NCBI GenBank assembly: GCA_965226495.1
Contig: OZ245365.1
Location: 5,152,001-5,216,000, forward strand
Direction of reading: 5' to 3'
Origin: Candidatus Marinacidobacterales bacterium
GTDB lineage: Bacteria > Acidobacteriota > Vicinamibacteria > Marinacidobacterales > DATDRI01
DNA: 64,000 bases
Shown here: positions 1 through 9,266 of the stretch, in pieces
How the letters are laid out: every line of letters starts with the position of its first letter
Position numbering within the stretch: the stretch's first letter is position 1
Notes under the pieces: generated by a model
What the model was told of the DNA's origin: nothing
The model's input: only the letters and a program-made list of their open reading frames with translations
Database searches by the model: none
Position numbers and translations under genes: made by a program

Positions 1-65
1 AGGATTTTGAAGGCAAGCTTGGAGTTCTCCACGAACTCCATTACTGCCGTATCGTTTTGTTTCAT
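1..65 (-). CDS. 5' end of a gene running off the window (MKQNDTAVMEFVENSKLAFKI...), product unknown
   Basis: ATG at 65, AGGAG RBS at 76-80, sigma54-type promoter upstream, frame open to the window edge. Confidence 0.6.
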   Translation of the reverse strand, partial: MKQNDTAVMEFVENSKLAFKI

Positions 66-111
66 CGTTCAACTTCTCCTTAGCCTTCGCACTCCTCGTG
101 CCGGTAGATTT

Positions 112-128
112 TGCAACCCCTATGCCAA
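112..128 (-). promoter_or_regulatory. sigma54 (-24/-12) promoter for the leftward gene
   Basis: Minus strand TTGGCATAGGGGTTGCA = GG-N10-GC, close to TGGCAC-N5-TTGCW. Confidence 0.75.
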
Positions 129-422
129 GAGCACCGACATACGCTTCCTAGAAGCGAAAACCCAAAGCGGACGCGCAGATCGCAAGCTGCCCCCAGTCTG
201 AAGAGCAGTTCCTTTTCGGTATCGGTGCGGTCATTTCCACACGTAAACCCATATGGTCCATAGGTTTTCTCCTGCAGGAACCCGATCTCACCAAAAGGCC
301 TTCTCGGAAGCCCCGGAACCCAATGTCGGGTTTCTCGCCGACTTGTAGGGGATACCCGACGCCCCGGCGGGAAAATCCCTCCATTTCGGCCCGCGGAGCA
401 AAAGAGCCCTAACCTTCCCATC

Positions 423-440
423 TTTGTAACACAATACAAA
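423..440. promoter_or_regulatory. Palindromic candidate regulator/enhancer site
   Basis: TTTGTA-ACACAA-TACAAA inverted repeat in an AT-rich patch between the two sigma54 promoters. Confidence 0.4.
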
Positions 441-496
441 TAAATGGTTTACGGCCATCCAGTCAATCACGATTCACCTCTTTTTGTTGCCCTTCT

Positions 497-513
497 TTGG
501 TACGGAACTTGCT
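497..513 (+). promoter_or_regulatory. sigma54 (-24/-12) promoter for the signalling operon
   Basis: TTGGTACGGAACTTGCT = GG-N10-GC, about 55 nt upstream of the start at 569. Confidence 0.75.
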
Positions 514-568
514 CGATAAACTCGGACCGGGTCTTTAAGAACGGACAAAGTGAACGAAGGAGTTGTGA

Positions 569-1579
569 TTGTCGCAAAAGATTCTAGCGGTTGATGACGA
601 GCCAGATATCCTCCGGCTTACCCAGTACCTACTGGAGTCGTGGGGGTACGAGGTTGCATCGGCCTCGAACGGCCGCGAGGCCATCGAAGTCGCCAGGCAA
701 GACGTGCCGGATCTCATCCTGATGGATGTGAACATGGAGGAGATGAACGGCCTCGAGGCCTGTGAACATCTCAAGAGCGACTTCTCGACTTCGTTTATCC
801 CTGTCATCATGTTAACCAGTCAAGACCAAGTCAACGACAAGATCATCGGCCTCGGGAAAGGGGCGGACGACTACGTCATCAAGACCGTCGATCCCCTCGA
901 ACTGAAGGCTCGCATCGAGATGGTGATTCGCCGCACCCAAGAGCAATCGAACGCCAACCCTCTCACCAAGCTTCCCGGTAACGTGGTGATCGAACGAATC
1001 GTCCAACAGAAGCTCCTGTCCGGCGATGGATTCTCGGTATGCTACTGCGACTTGGACAATTTCAAAGCGTACAACGACAAGTACGGATACGAAGCCGGTG
1101 ACCGAGTCCTCGTTCATACCGCTGGGTTGTTAGTGAAGTCGGTGCGAGAAAAGGGTAACCCCGGTGACTTCGTGGGACATATCGGTGGAGACGATTTCGT
1201 GGCGGTGACGGATCCCTCTCACGAGGATGCCGTGTGCAGCACGATGATCCAGAACTTCGACCAGTCGATCGCCGAGTTCTACGACCAAGAAGACAAGTCT
1301 CGGAAATACATTCACGTGGAAAACCGCTCCGGTGCCATGGAGCGGTTCCCGATCATGAGCATCACCGTGGCGGTGGTGAACAACGTCACCGAGCGTGCGG
1401 GCAGCTCGCACGAGATCGCGGAACGGGCGGCCGAGCTCAAGAAGTATCTAAAGCGTTTCCAGGGTAGCAACTACCTTTCCGAGCGGCGCAACAAACCCGA
1501 TAACGCAGCAGGCAACAAACCTGCCGGCGCCTCGGGTGACGTCCTTCTGCCGGCTCAGGAGTTTGGTAATGGCAGGTAG
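569..1579 (+). CDS. Response regulator with GGDEF domain (REC-GGDEF diguanylate cyclase)
   Basis: REC (VDDE...LMD...GADDYVIK), DLDNFKAYNDKYGY, HIGGDDF active site; TTG start after AAGGAG. Confidence 0.9.
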   Translation: MSQKILAVDDEPDILRLTQYLLESWGYEVASASNGREAIEVARQDVPDLILMDVNMEEMNGLEACEHLKSDFSTSFIPVIMLTSQDQVNDKIIGLGKGADDYVIKTVDPLELKARIEMVIRRTQEQSNANPLTKLPGNVVIERIVQQKLLSGDGFSVCYCDLDNFKAYNDKYGYEAGDRVLVHTAGLLVKSVREKGNPGDFVGHIGGDDFVAVTDPSHEDAVCSTMIQNFDQSIAEFYDQEDKSRKYIHVENRSGAMERFPIMSITVAVVNNVTERAGSSHEIAERAAELKKYLKRFQGSNYLSERRNKPDNAAGNKPAGASGDVLLPAQEFGNGR

Positions 1580-4475
1580 CAACGCCTTTCGGCATCGAGG
1601 GCTCGTCGCTGGCATCGTAGCCGCCGCCATTGCGGTGACCTTGCTCCATTTCAACGTCCTGCAGCCGGTTGAGCACCAACTCTACGATCAGAACTTTAAT
1701 CTCTTCTGGGATGAACAGGATACTTCGGAGATCATCATCATTGGCATCGATCCGACCTCACTGTCGGCCATCGGAACTTTCCCCTGGCCGAGAATGTTCC
1801 ACGCCGAAGTCCTTCGGCAGGTATCCCGGGATGGCGCCAAGGTCATCGGAGTGGACATCGGCTTCATCGAGCCGGATCGGGACTCACCGCGTAACGATAT
1901 CGAGATGGTAGACGCAATCACCGAAGCCGGAAACGTGGTCGTTCCGCTACTCGTCGAAAAACGTGGTAGCGGCGAGAATCTACGCCTCGTGTGGGCAAAG
2001 AGCGTTCCCGAGATGTTCGAGGCCGCGGACGGCAACGGCCACGTTCACATCGAAAGCGGCACCGATGGGATCGTCCGGCAAGTCCAGCTGTCACAGGAAC
2101 TGGGAGACGAAAGATACTGGAGTTGGGCAGTCGAGATACTGCGGACTTACCTCGACCTCCCACCAGAATCGGTACGAAACGTCGGCAAGAACGCTCTCGG
2201 CCTTGGAGACATCGAGATCCCGGCGACGACCGCGCCCGAGTCGGCAGAGTCCGGAGCAGATCGGATTCTCGTCGACTACAAAATGAACATCGGTTGGGTG
2301 GGAGGCGGAGGTACTTTCGAGCGGATCTCGGCCTACAAAGTCATCAATGGCGATTTTCCTAGGGGCACCTTCACCGGAAAGATCGTTCTCTACGGGATGT
2401 CTGCGTCGGGATATGACGAGTTCTTCACTCCTTACTCTCACGGGCCGATGGCCGGGGTGGAGGTTCAGGCCAACGTCATCCACACCATCCTAAAGGGCAC
2501 GTTTATCCGCCCGATAGGCTTTGGAATAATCGCATTCCTCACCATCATGGCCGCTCTCGCAGTCGGCTTCATCTACGAGAAGTTCGAGACCAAGATGGCG
2601 GCCGGAGCCTTGGTCGTTTTCCTGGCGATAAGTCTCACCGCGTACCTCTACCTTTTCAATGCTCACGGATACTGGCTCAAGATCACGCCGATCCACACCG
2701 CGATGGTTCTGGCGTTCGTCGCCGCGCTCATACTCAAGATGAATCAGGTGAACCTCGCCCTAGATGGCGAGATTCTCAACCTCTCACGGGCTGCCGCCCA
2801 GGACGCGAAGCCGGGCGCGGACCACGTCGTTCAAACGTTCCGGAGTGCCGAGCCGACGCTAAGGGATGTCCTGTCGATCCCAGCCGCCGCCCTTTTCAAG
2901 GTCGAGCGGTCCAAGGGTCTCATGACTCTGGCAAGCCAGTTCGGGCTATCCGAGCCCAAACGTCCCAAGGAGCGGACCGTCAAGATCGGAGCCGACCTTC
3001 GAGGACTGCTCATTGGGCTCGATCCGGTCAGCGTGGATGGAGCAAAGCAACACCCACTGCGCGCGATGCTCAGGGGTAGTCTCCACCACACACTCTTCGT
3101 TCCGGCATTGGCACAGGGTGAGACGGTAGGAGCCCTTTTCGTCTGCCGGCCCAAAGGCTCGCCGTTCAGCGTCGAAGAGGAAGAGCTTCTAAAGGCGGTC
3201 GCGTCCGAGTTGGGATCGCTTTGGTACAACGCTGCTCTGTACGGCCGTTTGAATCAGATGTCTTCGAATCCACTCGCTCGTTTCACGTACAAGAACCAAG
3301 AGCGTCGCATCCAGACGCTATCAGCGCTCAGCGATACCGTACGAGGCGAGAAAGCTCTGATGGGCGCGATCATGGACAGTATCGCCGACGGCGTCGTCGT
3401 CACCGATTCGCTCGGCACGATTCGCCTGCTCAACCCCAAGGCCAAAGACATTTTGGGACTGTACGCGGAAAACGCCATTGGGCAGAACGCCACCGAGTTC
3501 ATCCGGCGTTTCTACGACGTCCCGTTCGAGGACATTCGCCAGAAGTTCCAAGACATAGTCGAGCGCGAGAAAACGTTCAGCATGGAAGTGAAGCTGGCGC
3601 TGCCGACGACTCGGTACTACACACTCTCGCTGGGACCGGTTCGCAGTCGCGAGGGGCTCGTGCAAGGTATCGTTGCGGTTCTATCCGACATTACCAAGCT
3701 CAAGGAAATGGATCAGATGAAGACGGATCTCATGTCTATGGTAACTCACGAGATTCGCACACCCCTGGCCACGGTTCGCGGCTTCGCTCAGATCCTCCTC
3801 AAGGGGGGAATCCCTGCCGAGAAATCGTCAGAATTTCTAGGAATCATCAACCGTCAGTCGAACCGGTTGGTCAGTCTGGTCAACGACTTCCTCGACATTA
3901 GCCGTATCGAGTCGGGTCGCCAGGCAGTTACCAAGGGCCCGATCGAGATGGAGAAGTTGGTCGAGAATTCGATCATCGACCTCCAGCCGTTGGCCCAGGA
4001 AAAGAGCATGGAGCTCAGGTACAACCCGCCGCCGGGTCCGCTTCCGGAGATTTTCGCCGACCGCAACCTGCTCGAACAAGCACTCATCAATTTGGTCTCC
4101 AACGGAATCAAATACAGCCCCAAGGGAGCTTACGTCGAAGTCTCCTTGAGCCGGGAGAATTCTCACCTTCGGGTAGACGTCAAGGACAATGGGCTCGGGA
4201 TACCCAAGGAAGCGCTGCCGCGACTTTTCGAAAAATTCTACCGCGTCCGGTGCGACGATCGAAAGGACATCATTGGTACAGGACTCGGTCTCTCGCTCGT
4301 GAAGCAAATCGTCGAAGTGCATGGCGGCAATATATCCGTTCAGAGCGAGCACGGTGCAGGATCGACTTTCACTTTTACCGTTCCTCTCAAAACCGAAGGC
4401 GAGGGAGGACAGGCGGAGGACGGTGGAGCGACCGACTCAACGGTTGTGGACGCGGTCGCAGCTTTACAGAGTTGA
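1569..4475 (+). CDS. CHASE2-TM-GAF-PAS sensor histidine kinase
   Basis: CHASE2 motifs (GTFPWPR, DGIVRQ, GVEVQANVI), 3 TM helices, GAF-like and PAS regions, H-box THEIRTPL, N-box NLVSNGIKY, DNGLG, GTGLGL. Confidence 0.92.
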   Translation: MAGSNAFRHRGLVAGIVAAAIAVTLLHFNVLQPVEHQLYDQNFNLFWDEQDTSEIIIIGIDPTSLSAIGTFPWPRMFHAEVLRQVSRDGAKVIGVDIGFIEPDRDSPRNDIEMVDAITEAGNVVVPLLVEKRGSGENLRLVWAKSVPEMFEAADGNGHVHIESGTDGIVRQVQLSQELGDERYWSWAVEILRTYLDLPPESVRNVGKNALGLGDIEIPATTAPESAESGADRILVDYKMNIGWVGGGGTFERISAYKVINGDFPRGTFTGKIVLYGMSASGYDEFFTPYSHGPMAGVEVQANVIHTILKGTFIRPIGFGIIAFLTIMAALAVGFIYEKFETKMAAGALVVFLAISLTAYLYLFNAHGYWLKITPIHTAMVLAFVAALILKMNQVNLALDGEILNLSRAAAQDAKPGADHVVQTFRSAEPTLRDVLSIPAAALFKVERSKGLMTLASQFGLSEPKRPKERTVKIGADLRGLLIGLDPVSVDGAKQHPLRAMLRGSLHHTLFVPALAQGETVGALFVCRPKGSPFSVEEEELLKAVASELGSLWYNAALYGRLNQMSSNPLARFTYKNQERRIQTLSALSDTVRGEKALMGAIMDSIADGVVVTDSLGTIRLLNPKAKDILGLYAENAIGQNATEFIRRFYDVPFEDIRQKFQDIVEREKTFSMEVKLALPTTRYYTLSLGPVRSREGLVQGIVAVLSDITKLKEMDQMKTDLMSMVTHEIRTPLATVRGFAQILLKGGIPAEKSSEFLGIINRQSNRLVSLVNDFLDISRIESGRQAVTKGPIEMEKLVENSIIDLQPLAQEKSMELRYNPPPGPLPEIFADRNLLEQALINLVSNGIKYSPKGAYVEVSLSRENSHLRVDVKDNGLGIPKEALPRLFEKFYRVRCDDRKDIIGTGLGLSLVKQIVEVHGGNISVQSEHGAGSTFTFTVPLKTEGEGGQAEDGGATDSTVVDAVAALQS

Positions 4476-4492
4476 CGCGGGGAATCGTAAAG

Positions 4493-5791
4493 ATGGGCAA
4501 AACACGAATCCTGGTTGTAGACGATGAGCTCGATAACAGGGTCATGATGCGCTATTTCCTCGAGTCTTGGGGCTACGAGGTGGAGCTTGCGAGTGATGGC
4601 AAGGAGGCCTTGGAGAAGGTAGGAGCCAACCGGCCGGCGCTCGTCTTACTCGACTTGGAAATGCCGATCATGAACGGCTTCGAAACCTGCGACCGCCTCA
4701 AGAGCAATCCGGACACCGAACACATACCTGTCATCATGTTCACCGGTTTGGAACAGACAACCGACAAGGTAAAGGGAATCAAGAAGGGTGCCGACGACTA
4801 CGTCGTCAAGACGGTCGATCCGGAAGAGCTTCAGGCTCGCATCGAGATGATCCTCAGACGAGCTCAACGGTACGTGGCTAAGGAAGCCCCCGCCGCTCCA
4901 GAAACACAGCACGCCGTCTCCGGCTCGCTGGCCGACCTTCAGTTTGCTGAAGCCATGCAGCTCATCTTGACCTACGGGAAAACCGGTGTCATGCACTTGG
5001 TTGACGGAAACAGCAAAGCTCGAGTCTACGTCAAGGAAGGACAGCAGATCGTGCACGCCGAGGTCGAAGACTTTCAAGGCGAGGAAGCCTTCTACAAGTT
5101 GGCGTTTTGGAAGGCTGGGAAATTCCAGTTCCAAGTAGGCGAGGAACCGGACAAACGGACGATCAACGCCTCCGGCACCAGCCTTTTAATTGAGGCTACC
5201 CGACGGCTCGACGAATGGAACATGTTCTCGAGCAAGATCCCGAGCTTCGATGTGACTCCCTATCGTGTGCCACTCGCGGAAGACAGCGATTCGATACGCT
5301 TGACGCGCATGGACTGGGGAATCCTCAGACTCGCGGATGGCCAGCGATCCATCCAGCAGATCGCGGAATCCTTGGGCATCGACAGCTTCGAGGCCGGCCG
5401 CGTCGTGTTCGGCCTGCTTACTGTGGGCGCCATTTCGCTGGAGCCGGAGCCCGAGCCCCGAGAGGATCTCTTTGAAGCAGTGCCAGAGCTTATCCCCGAG
5501 CTTCCGAGCGACGAGCCGCTACATCTCACCGCTCTTCAGTGGAAGATTCTCGCTTCCATCGATGGACGCCGCTCGATGAACGCCTTGGCCAATCGAGCCG
5601 GGGTGCCGACGGCCACGGTCGTCGAGATGGTGAAAGATATGGCCGGCCTTGGGTGGGTCTATTTAGAGCAATCTACCACCCCGACTCCTGCCATCAAGTT
5701 GTCCCTTGAAAAAGACGACCCAACCAAGGACCCCACGAATGTGGGTGTCGAAGATTTCCGACCCCGTATTCGGGCAATCGGGATCGATTAA
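4493..5791 (+). CDS. Response regulator with DUF4388 (PatA-N-like) domain and two wHTH-like repeats
   Basis: REC N-terminus; SGSL...KTGVM...W.AG.F.F...LLIEATRRLDEW; two LT..W.IL...DG.RS repeats. Confidence 0.85.
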   Translation: MGKTRILVVDDELDNRVMMRYFLESWGYEVELASDGKEALEKVGANRPALVLLDLEMPIMNGFETCDRLKSNPDTEHIPVIMFTGLEQTTDKVKGIKKGADDYVVKTVDPEELQARIEMILRRAQRYVAKEAPAAPETQHAVSGSLADLQFAEAMQLILTYGKTGVMHLVDGNSKARVYVKEGQQIVHAEVEDFQGEEAFYKLAFWKAGKFQFQVGEEPDKRTINASGTSLLIEATRRLDEWNMFSSKIPSFDVTPYRVPLAEDSDSIRLTRMDWGILRLADGQRSIQQIAESLGIDSFEAGRVVFGLLTVGAISLEPEPEPREDLFEAVPELIPELPSDEPLHLTALQWKILASIDGRRSMNALANRAGVPTATVVEMVKDMAGLGWVYLEQSTTPTPAIKLSLEKDDPTKDPTNVGVEDFRPRIRAIGID

Positions 5792-5888
5792 AGGAGAATT
5801 GTTAATGAAAAGTTTTTCAGTCTTCCCCAACCGCTCCGGTGGGCTCGCGATTAGGTCGACAGCTCACCAAGAAACAGAGGAGGTACCC

Positions 5889-7064
5889 ATGAACTGGGTG
5901 AAACTGCTAAGAGTGACAAAAGTGCTAGTCCTTGCTGGCGCGATGTCCTTTGCGGTCACCCTCACAGCATCGACCGAGGGGGGGCGCTCAGAGGAGCAGG
6001 TTAAGAAAGTTAACCCTGCAACCCAGATTCCCTCTCCCCAAGGCGAGCCGACGGCAACCGACGCTCGTACGGACGATGACTATGTGGTGGTGTTGAACGC
6101 AGAAGACGATACGCCGCTTAAGGTCTACCAGAAGTACCTGGAAAAAGCAGACTTCTGGAGAGAGTTGACGGAGCATAATTTGCTCGCCGAGGGGGTCCAG
6201 GTTCGGGTTCCGAAGCACATGCTGAAGAACGGACAGATTCCTGCTAAGGTGGACAAGTTCAGCGGCCGGGTTGAGATCGCTCGTCACTTTGACTGGAAGT
6301 GGGTGCCAGCGGTGCCCAACATGCTAGTCTCAGAGGGCGACTGGATCCGTACCCGTAGCCGTTCCAGCGTGCAAATCCGCCAGGATGATGGAACCCTCAT
6401 CAAACTGCGTCCAAACAGCAAGGCGATGCTTAGTCTTGCTGGCGTGACCAAGACGGCGCGCGGTGACGTGCGGGTCACGCAGGTCAAGCTCGACTCCGGT
6501 TCGGTCATCGCGAAGGTGAACAAGCTTCTCCAGCGCGACAGCCGTTTCGAAATCGAGACTCCGACTGCTACCTCTTTCGTTCGAGGAACCGAGTTCCGCG
6601 TCAAGGTCGAAGACCAGGGCGAGACTCGTCTCGAAGTTTTAGAGGGCGCGGTGGACTTCGGTTCGTCGGATAACAACATTTCGGTAGGCGGCAACTTCGG
6701 TTCGCTCGTCAAGGATGCTGGCAACGCGCCGGTCTCCCCACACGCGCTTCCGATGGCCCCTTCCCAGTTGTTCACTCCGGCGGAGCGTGAGGTACTCGAC
6801 GGCGACATCGCCAGCTATCGTTTCAGCTGGTCCGCAGTCAATGGTTCCGAGCGCTACCATCTGGAGATTTCTTCGGATGCCGAGTTCAAGCAGCTCGTGG
6901 ACGAGACCTGGGTCAGCGGAACCGATGCCGAGCTTATGAGCCTGAGCATCGATTCGCTGGAGCCTGGTACTTACTTCTGGCGGGTGGCCGCCATCGATGG
7001 CGATGGCTACGAGAGTGCCTGGTCAAACGATCGGTACTTCGTTTACCCCTTGAAGGTCCAGTAG
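5889..7064 (+). CDS. Exported protein with degenerate LysM, FecR domain and C-terminal FN3-like domain (alternative in-frame start at 5805)
   Basis: Signal/TM segment, DDTPLKVYQKYL...W.EL..HN (LysM-like), GDWIRT, FEIETPTATSFVRGTEF (FecR), PGTYFWRVAAID...ESAWS (FN3). Confidence 0.82.
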   Translation: MNWVKLLRVTKVLVLAGAMSFAVTLTASTEGGRSEEQVKKVNPATQIPSPQGEPTATDARTDDDYVVVLNAEDDTPLKVYQKYLEKADFWRELTEHNLLAEGVQVRVPKHMLKNGQIPAKVDKFSGRVEIARHFDWKWVPAVPNMLVSEGDWIRTRSRSSVQIRQDDGTLIKLRPNSKAMLSLAGVTKTARGDVRVTQVKLDSGSVIAKVNKLLQRDSRFEIETPTATSFVRGTEFRVKVEDQGETRLEVLEGAVDFGSSDNNISVGGNFGSLVKDAGNAPVSPHALPMAPSQLFTPAEREVLDGDIASYRFSWSAVNGSERYHLEISSDAEFKQLVDETWVSGTDAELMSLSIDSLEPGTYFWRVAAIDGDGYESAWSNDRYFVYPLKVQ

Positions 7065-7084
7065 ACCAATCCTTCGTTCACTCC

Positions 7085-7123
7085 AAAGACCCTCACCTCA
7101 CACGAGGTGAGGGTCTTTTTTTT
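7085..7123 (+). terminator. Rho-independent terminator between convergent genes
   Basis: AAAGACCCTCACCTC-ACAC-GAGGTGAGGGTCTTT followed by a T run. Confidence 0.9.
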
Positions 7124-7135
7124 ATATCCTGCCTG

Positions 7136-8062
7136 TTACATGCGGGGGGCGTAATACCCGATGCGGCTTCGAACGACGGAGCCTTTCCGATCGACGCGGA
7201 GCTGGAGGCGCCTCCAGGCACCGTCGGCCTTGGTGCTAGTAGACACGTAGCCGATGTTGTATTGGCTCTTGAGCTCGATGGCGATCTGCTCATAGATGCC
7301 CGCCAAATCTTTGGTTTGCTCCGGCGCAAAAGAGGAACCGCCAGTCTCACCTGATAGCTTCTCGAGCTCATACTTGGCATCGGAATACTTCTGCTTCTTG
7401 AGGTCATCCTTACTGCCGCGAAGGGAGATGGTGTAGATGAGAACGTCCGTCTTCCTCGCCAACTGGCGGACGTCCTCGAAGATCACCAACGAGCGCGTGT
7501 CGTTTCCGTCCGACAAGACCACGATGCACTGTCGCTCGTCGCCTTGCCGCCGACGGGATAAGCTGCGGAGCGCGATGTAGAGAGCCTCGTAGAGCGATGT
7601 CGCTCCCTCCGCCTTCGTCGCCCGGATGGCGTTCTCGACCTTCTCGAAATCGGTGGTGAATTCGGCGAGAGTCAACACACGACTGTTGAACTCGATGACC
7701 TTGACCTGGTCACCCTCTTTGAGAGAACGTGCGAACCGCACCGCAGCTTCCTGAGCCAGAGCCATCCTCCGCCCCATGCTAGCCGAAGTGTCCAAGAGGA
7801 TAACCATGCGCAGCGGTAGGTCTTCTTTGGAGAACACCCGGATCTTCTGCGCCACGCCATCTTCATAGATAGCGAAGTTCTCCTGTTCCAGATCCGTTAC
7901 CAACCGTTGCCCCTCGTCGAAGACAGTCACCGAGAGGCTGACCATCTCGACGCTCACCCGGAACTGAGCCGCCTGCTTCGATTCCTGGGCCATCGTTTGC
8001 GAAAAGACGGAGACGAACGCCACAACGAAAGCGCCCAAGAGAATTTTCAAAACCACGCTCAC
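7136..8062 (-). CDS. VWA domain protein, acidobacterial type
   Basis: Signal peptide, FRVSVEMVSLSVTV, MIDAS DTSAS, T.LYEAL, SDGND, QYNIGY. Confidence 0.9.
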   Translation of the reverse strand: MSVVLKILLGAFVVAFVSVFSQTMAQESKQAAQFRVSVEMVSLSVTVFDEGQRLVTDLEQENFAIYEDGVAQKIRVFSKEDLPLRMVILLDTSASMGRRMALAQEAAVRFARSLKEGDQVKVIEFNSRVLTLAEFTTDFEKVENAIRATKAEGATSLYEALYIALRSLSRRRQGDERQCIVVLSDGNDTRSLVIFEDVRQLARKTDVLIYTISLRGSKDDLKKQKYSDAKYELEKLSGETGGSSFAPEQTKDLAGIYEQIAIELKSQYNIGYVSTSTKADGAWRRLQLRVDRKGSVVRSRIGYYAPRM

Positions 8063-9255
8063 GGTATCCCCACCAACATTTCTTCGGCCTCCGCGATCTC
8101 GACTTCTACTGCCGCCGTCTTGTTGGAGCTCGCACCCTGCTCATCGGCGGTCCGCACCCAACCCTTGCTTCTTTGGAGCGCTGCCATCAATTCCGAACGT
8201 TGCTCGTCTGCAAGACCTCGACGATTGGCCAAGGCCACCGCCTTGACCCAACGGGCCTCGGCGGTTGCCGCCATGATGGGTAACTCCGCATCGTCCGGGT
8301 TCAGTCGAGACCAGAAGGAAAGAACACGAGCACCATCCTGGAGAGCGACAGCTCCCGGTTGCGAGGACAAACCCCGCGCTATCTTCAAACCGTTGTCGGC
8401 ACTCTGCGCTTCGGTATAGACGTCCAGGACCGGCAGCACTAAAGACAGGAGAAATGGCATCCCATCCTCGGACCAGCCGCGCTCAAACGCGGCGCGGGAC
8501 TCCTCCGGTGTTGGGCGTGAGACGCCGATACGAAGCTCGCCATGTGCCAGGTGGGAGTAGGCAGCCCGACGCGACTTGAGGGGCGCATCCTTGGCGACCC
8601 CCCAGAGCCCGACGCGAAGCTGGCCATCCACAATATCCACATCGCTGACGAAGACCGAGTCACCGGGGGAGAACAGACGAGATTCTGTTTCATTCGAGTA
8701 AACCATCTGGACTTCTTTTTTTTCCAAATCCACAATGGCTTCGCTGACTCCCTGAATATCCCTCTCTCTCCCTAAGGCACGAACCGTTCGGTCCTGCAGG
8801 ATGGGCACCCGCGGAACGGCAAATCGGCCCAGGAGCATGAACTGTAATGCATCGTCCAGAAGTTTCTCTTTGCTTTCATGGAACAGGAGCTTTTCCTGCG
8901 CAACCTCCAAGAGAGCGCCGGGATGAATAGGTGACTCTTCGCCGGCCCGGAGGCTGAGACGATTGAGGCGTGTCCCGTTCGTGCTCCCTAGATCCTCGAC
9001 CACGATACTCTCCGCGGTCCTTCGTATCTCCAAATGGCGACGTGACACCAAAGGATGCGTCAGAACGATCAGAGAATCCCCCAGACGCCCGATCCGTACC
9101 ACGTCGGCGGTAAGGGCATAGAGCCTCAACATCCGGAGCTCCCAGATGTAGCCCCAAGGTTCGTCTTGTTGCAGGGGGGCGGCGGCCGACGACGATGAGA
9201 ACGCCACGAAACTCAGAAAGAGAATCGCCAGCGATGCCCGTCGCTCGGTGCCCAT
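8059..9255 (-). CDS. FHA domain protein with N-terminal signal-like peptide
   Basis: IGR...VSRRH...DLGSTNGTRLN FHA motifs; hydrophobic leader ending in AAA. Confidence 0.8.
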   Translation of the reverse strand: MGTERRASLAILFLSFVAFSSSSAAAPLQQDEPWGYIWELRMLRLYALTADVVRIGRLGDSLIVLTHPLVSRRHLEIRRTAESIVVEDLGSTNGTRLNRLSLRAGEESPIHPGALLEVAQEKLLFHESKEKLLDDALQFMLLGRFAVPRVPILQDRTVRALGRERDIQGVSEAIVDLEKKEVQMVYSNETESRLFSPGDSVFVSDVDIVDGQLRVGLWGVAKDAPLKSRRAAYSHLAHGELRIGVSRPTPEESRAAFERGWSEDGMPFLLSLVLPVLDVYTEAQSADNGLKIARGLSSQPGAVALQDGARVLSFWSRLNPDDAELPIMAATAEARWVKAVALANRRGLADEQRSELMAALQRSKGWVRTADEQGASSNKTAAVEVEIAEAEEMLVGIP

Positions 9256-9266
9256 GGTGCTCAAGG

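Noticed and set aside
130-480. c-di-GMP or other riboswitch in the long intergenic region
   Set aside because: No recognisable GEMM or other aptamer consensus; divergent sigma54 promoters explain the length.
569-1579. Hypr-type (3',3'-cGAMP-making) GGDEF enzyme
   Set aside because: The specificity position is the canonical Asp (YEAGD), not Ser/Thr, so c-di-GMP is expected. The RxxD I-site is also absent (NPGD).
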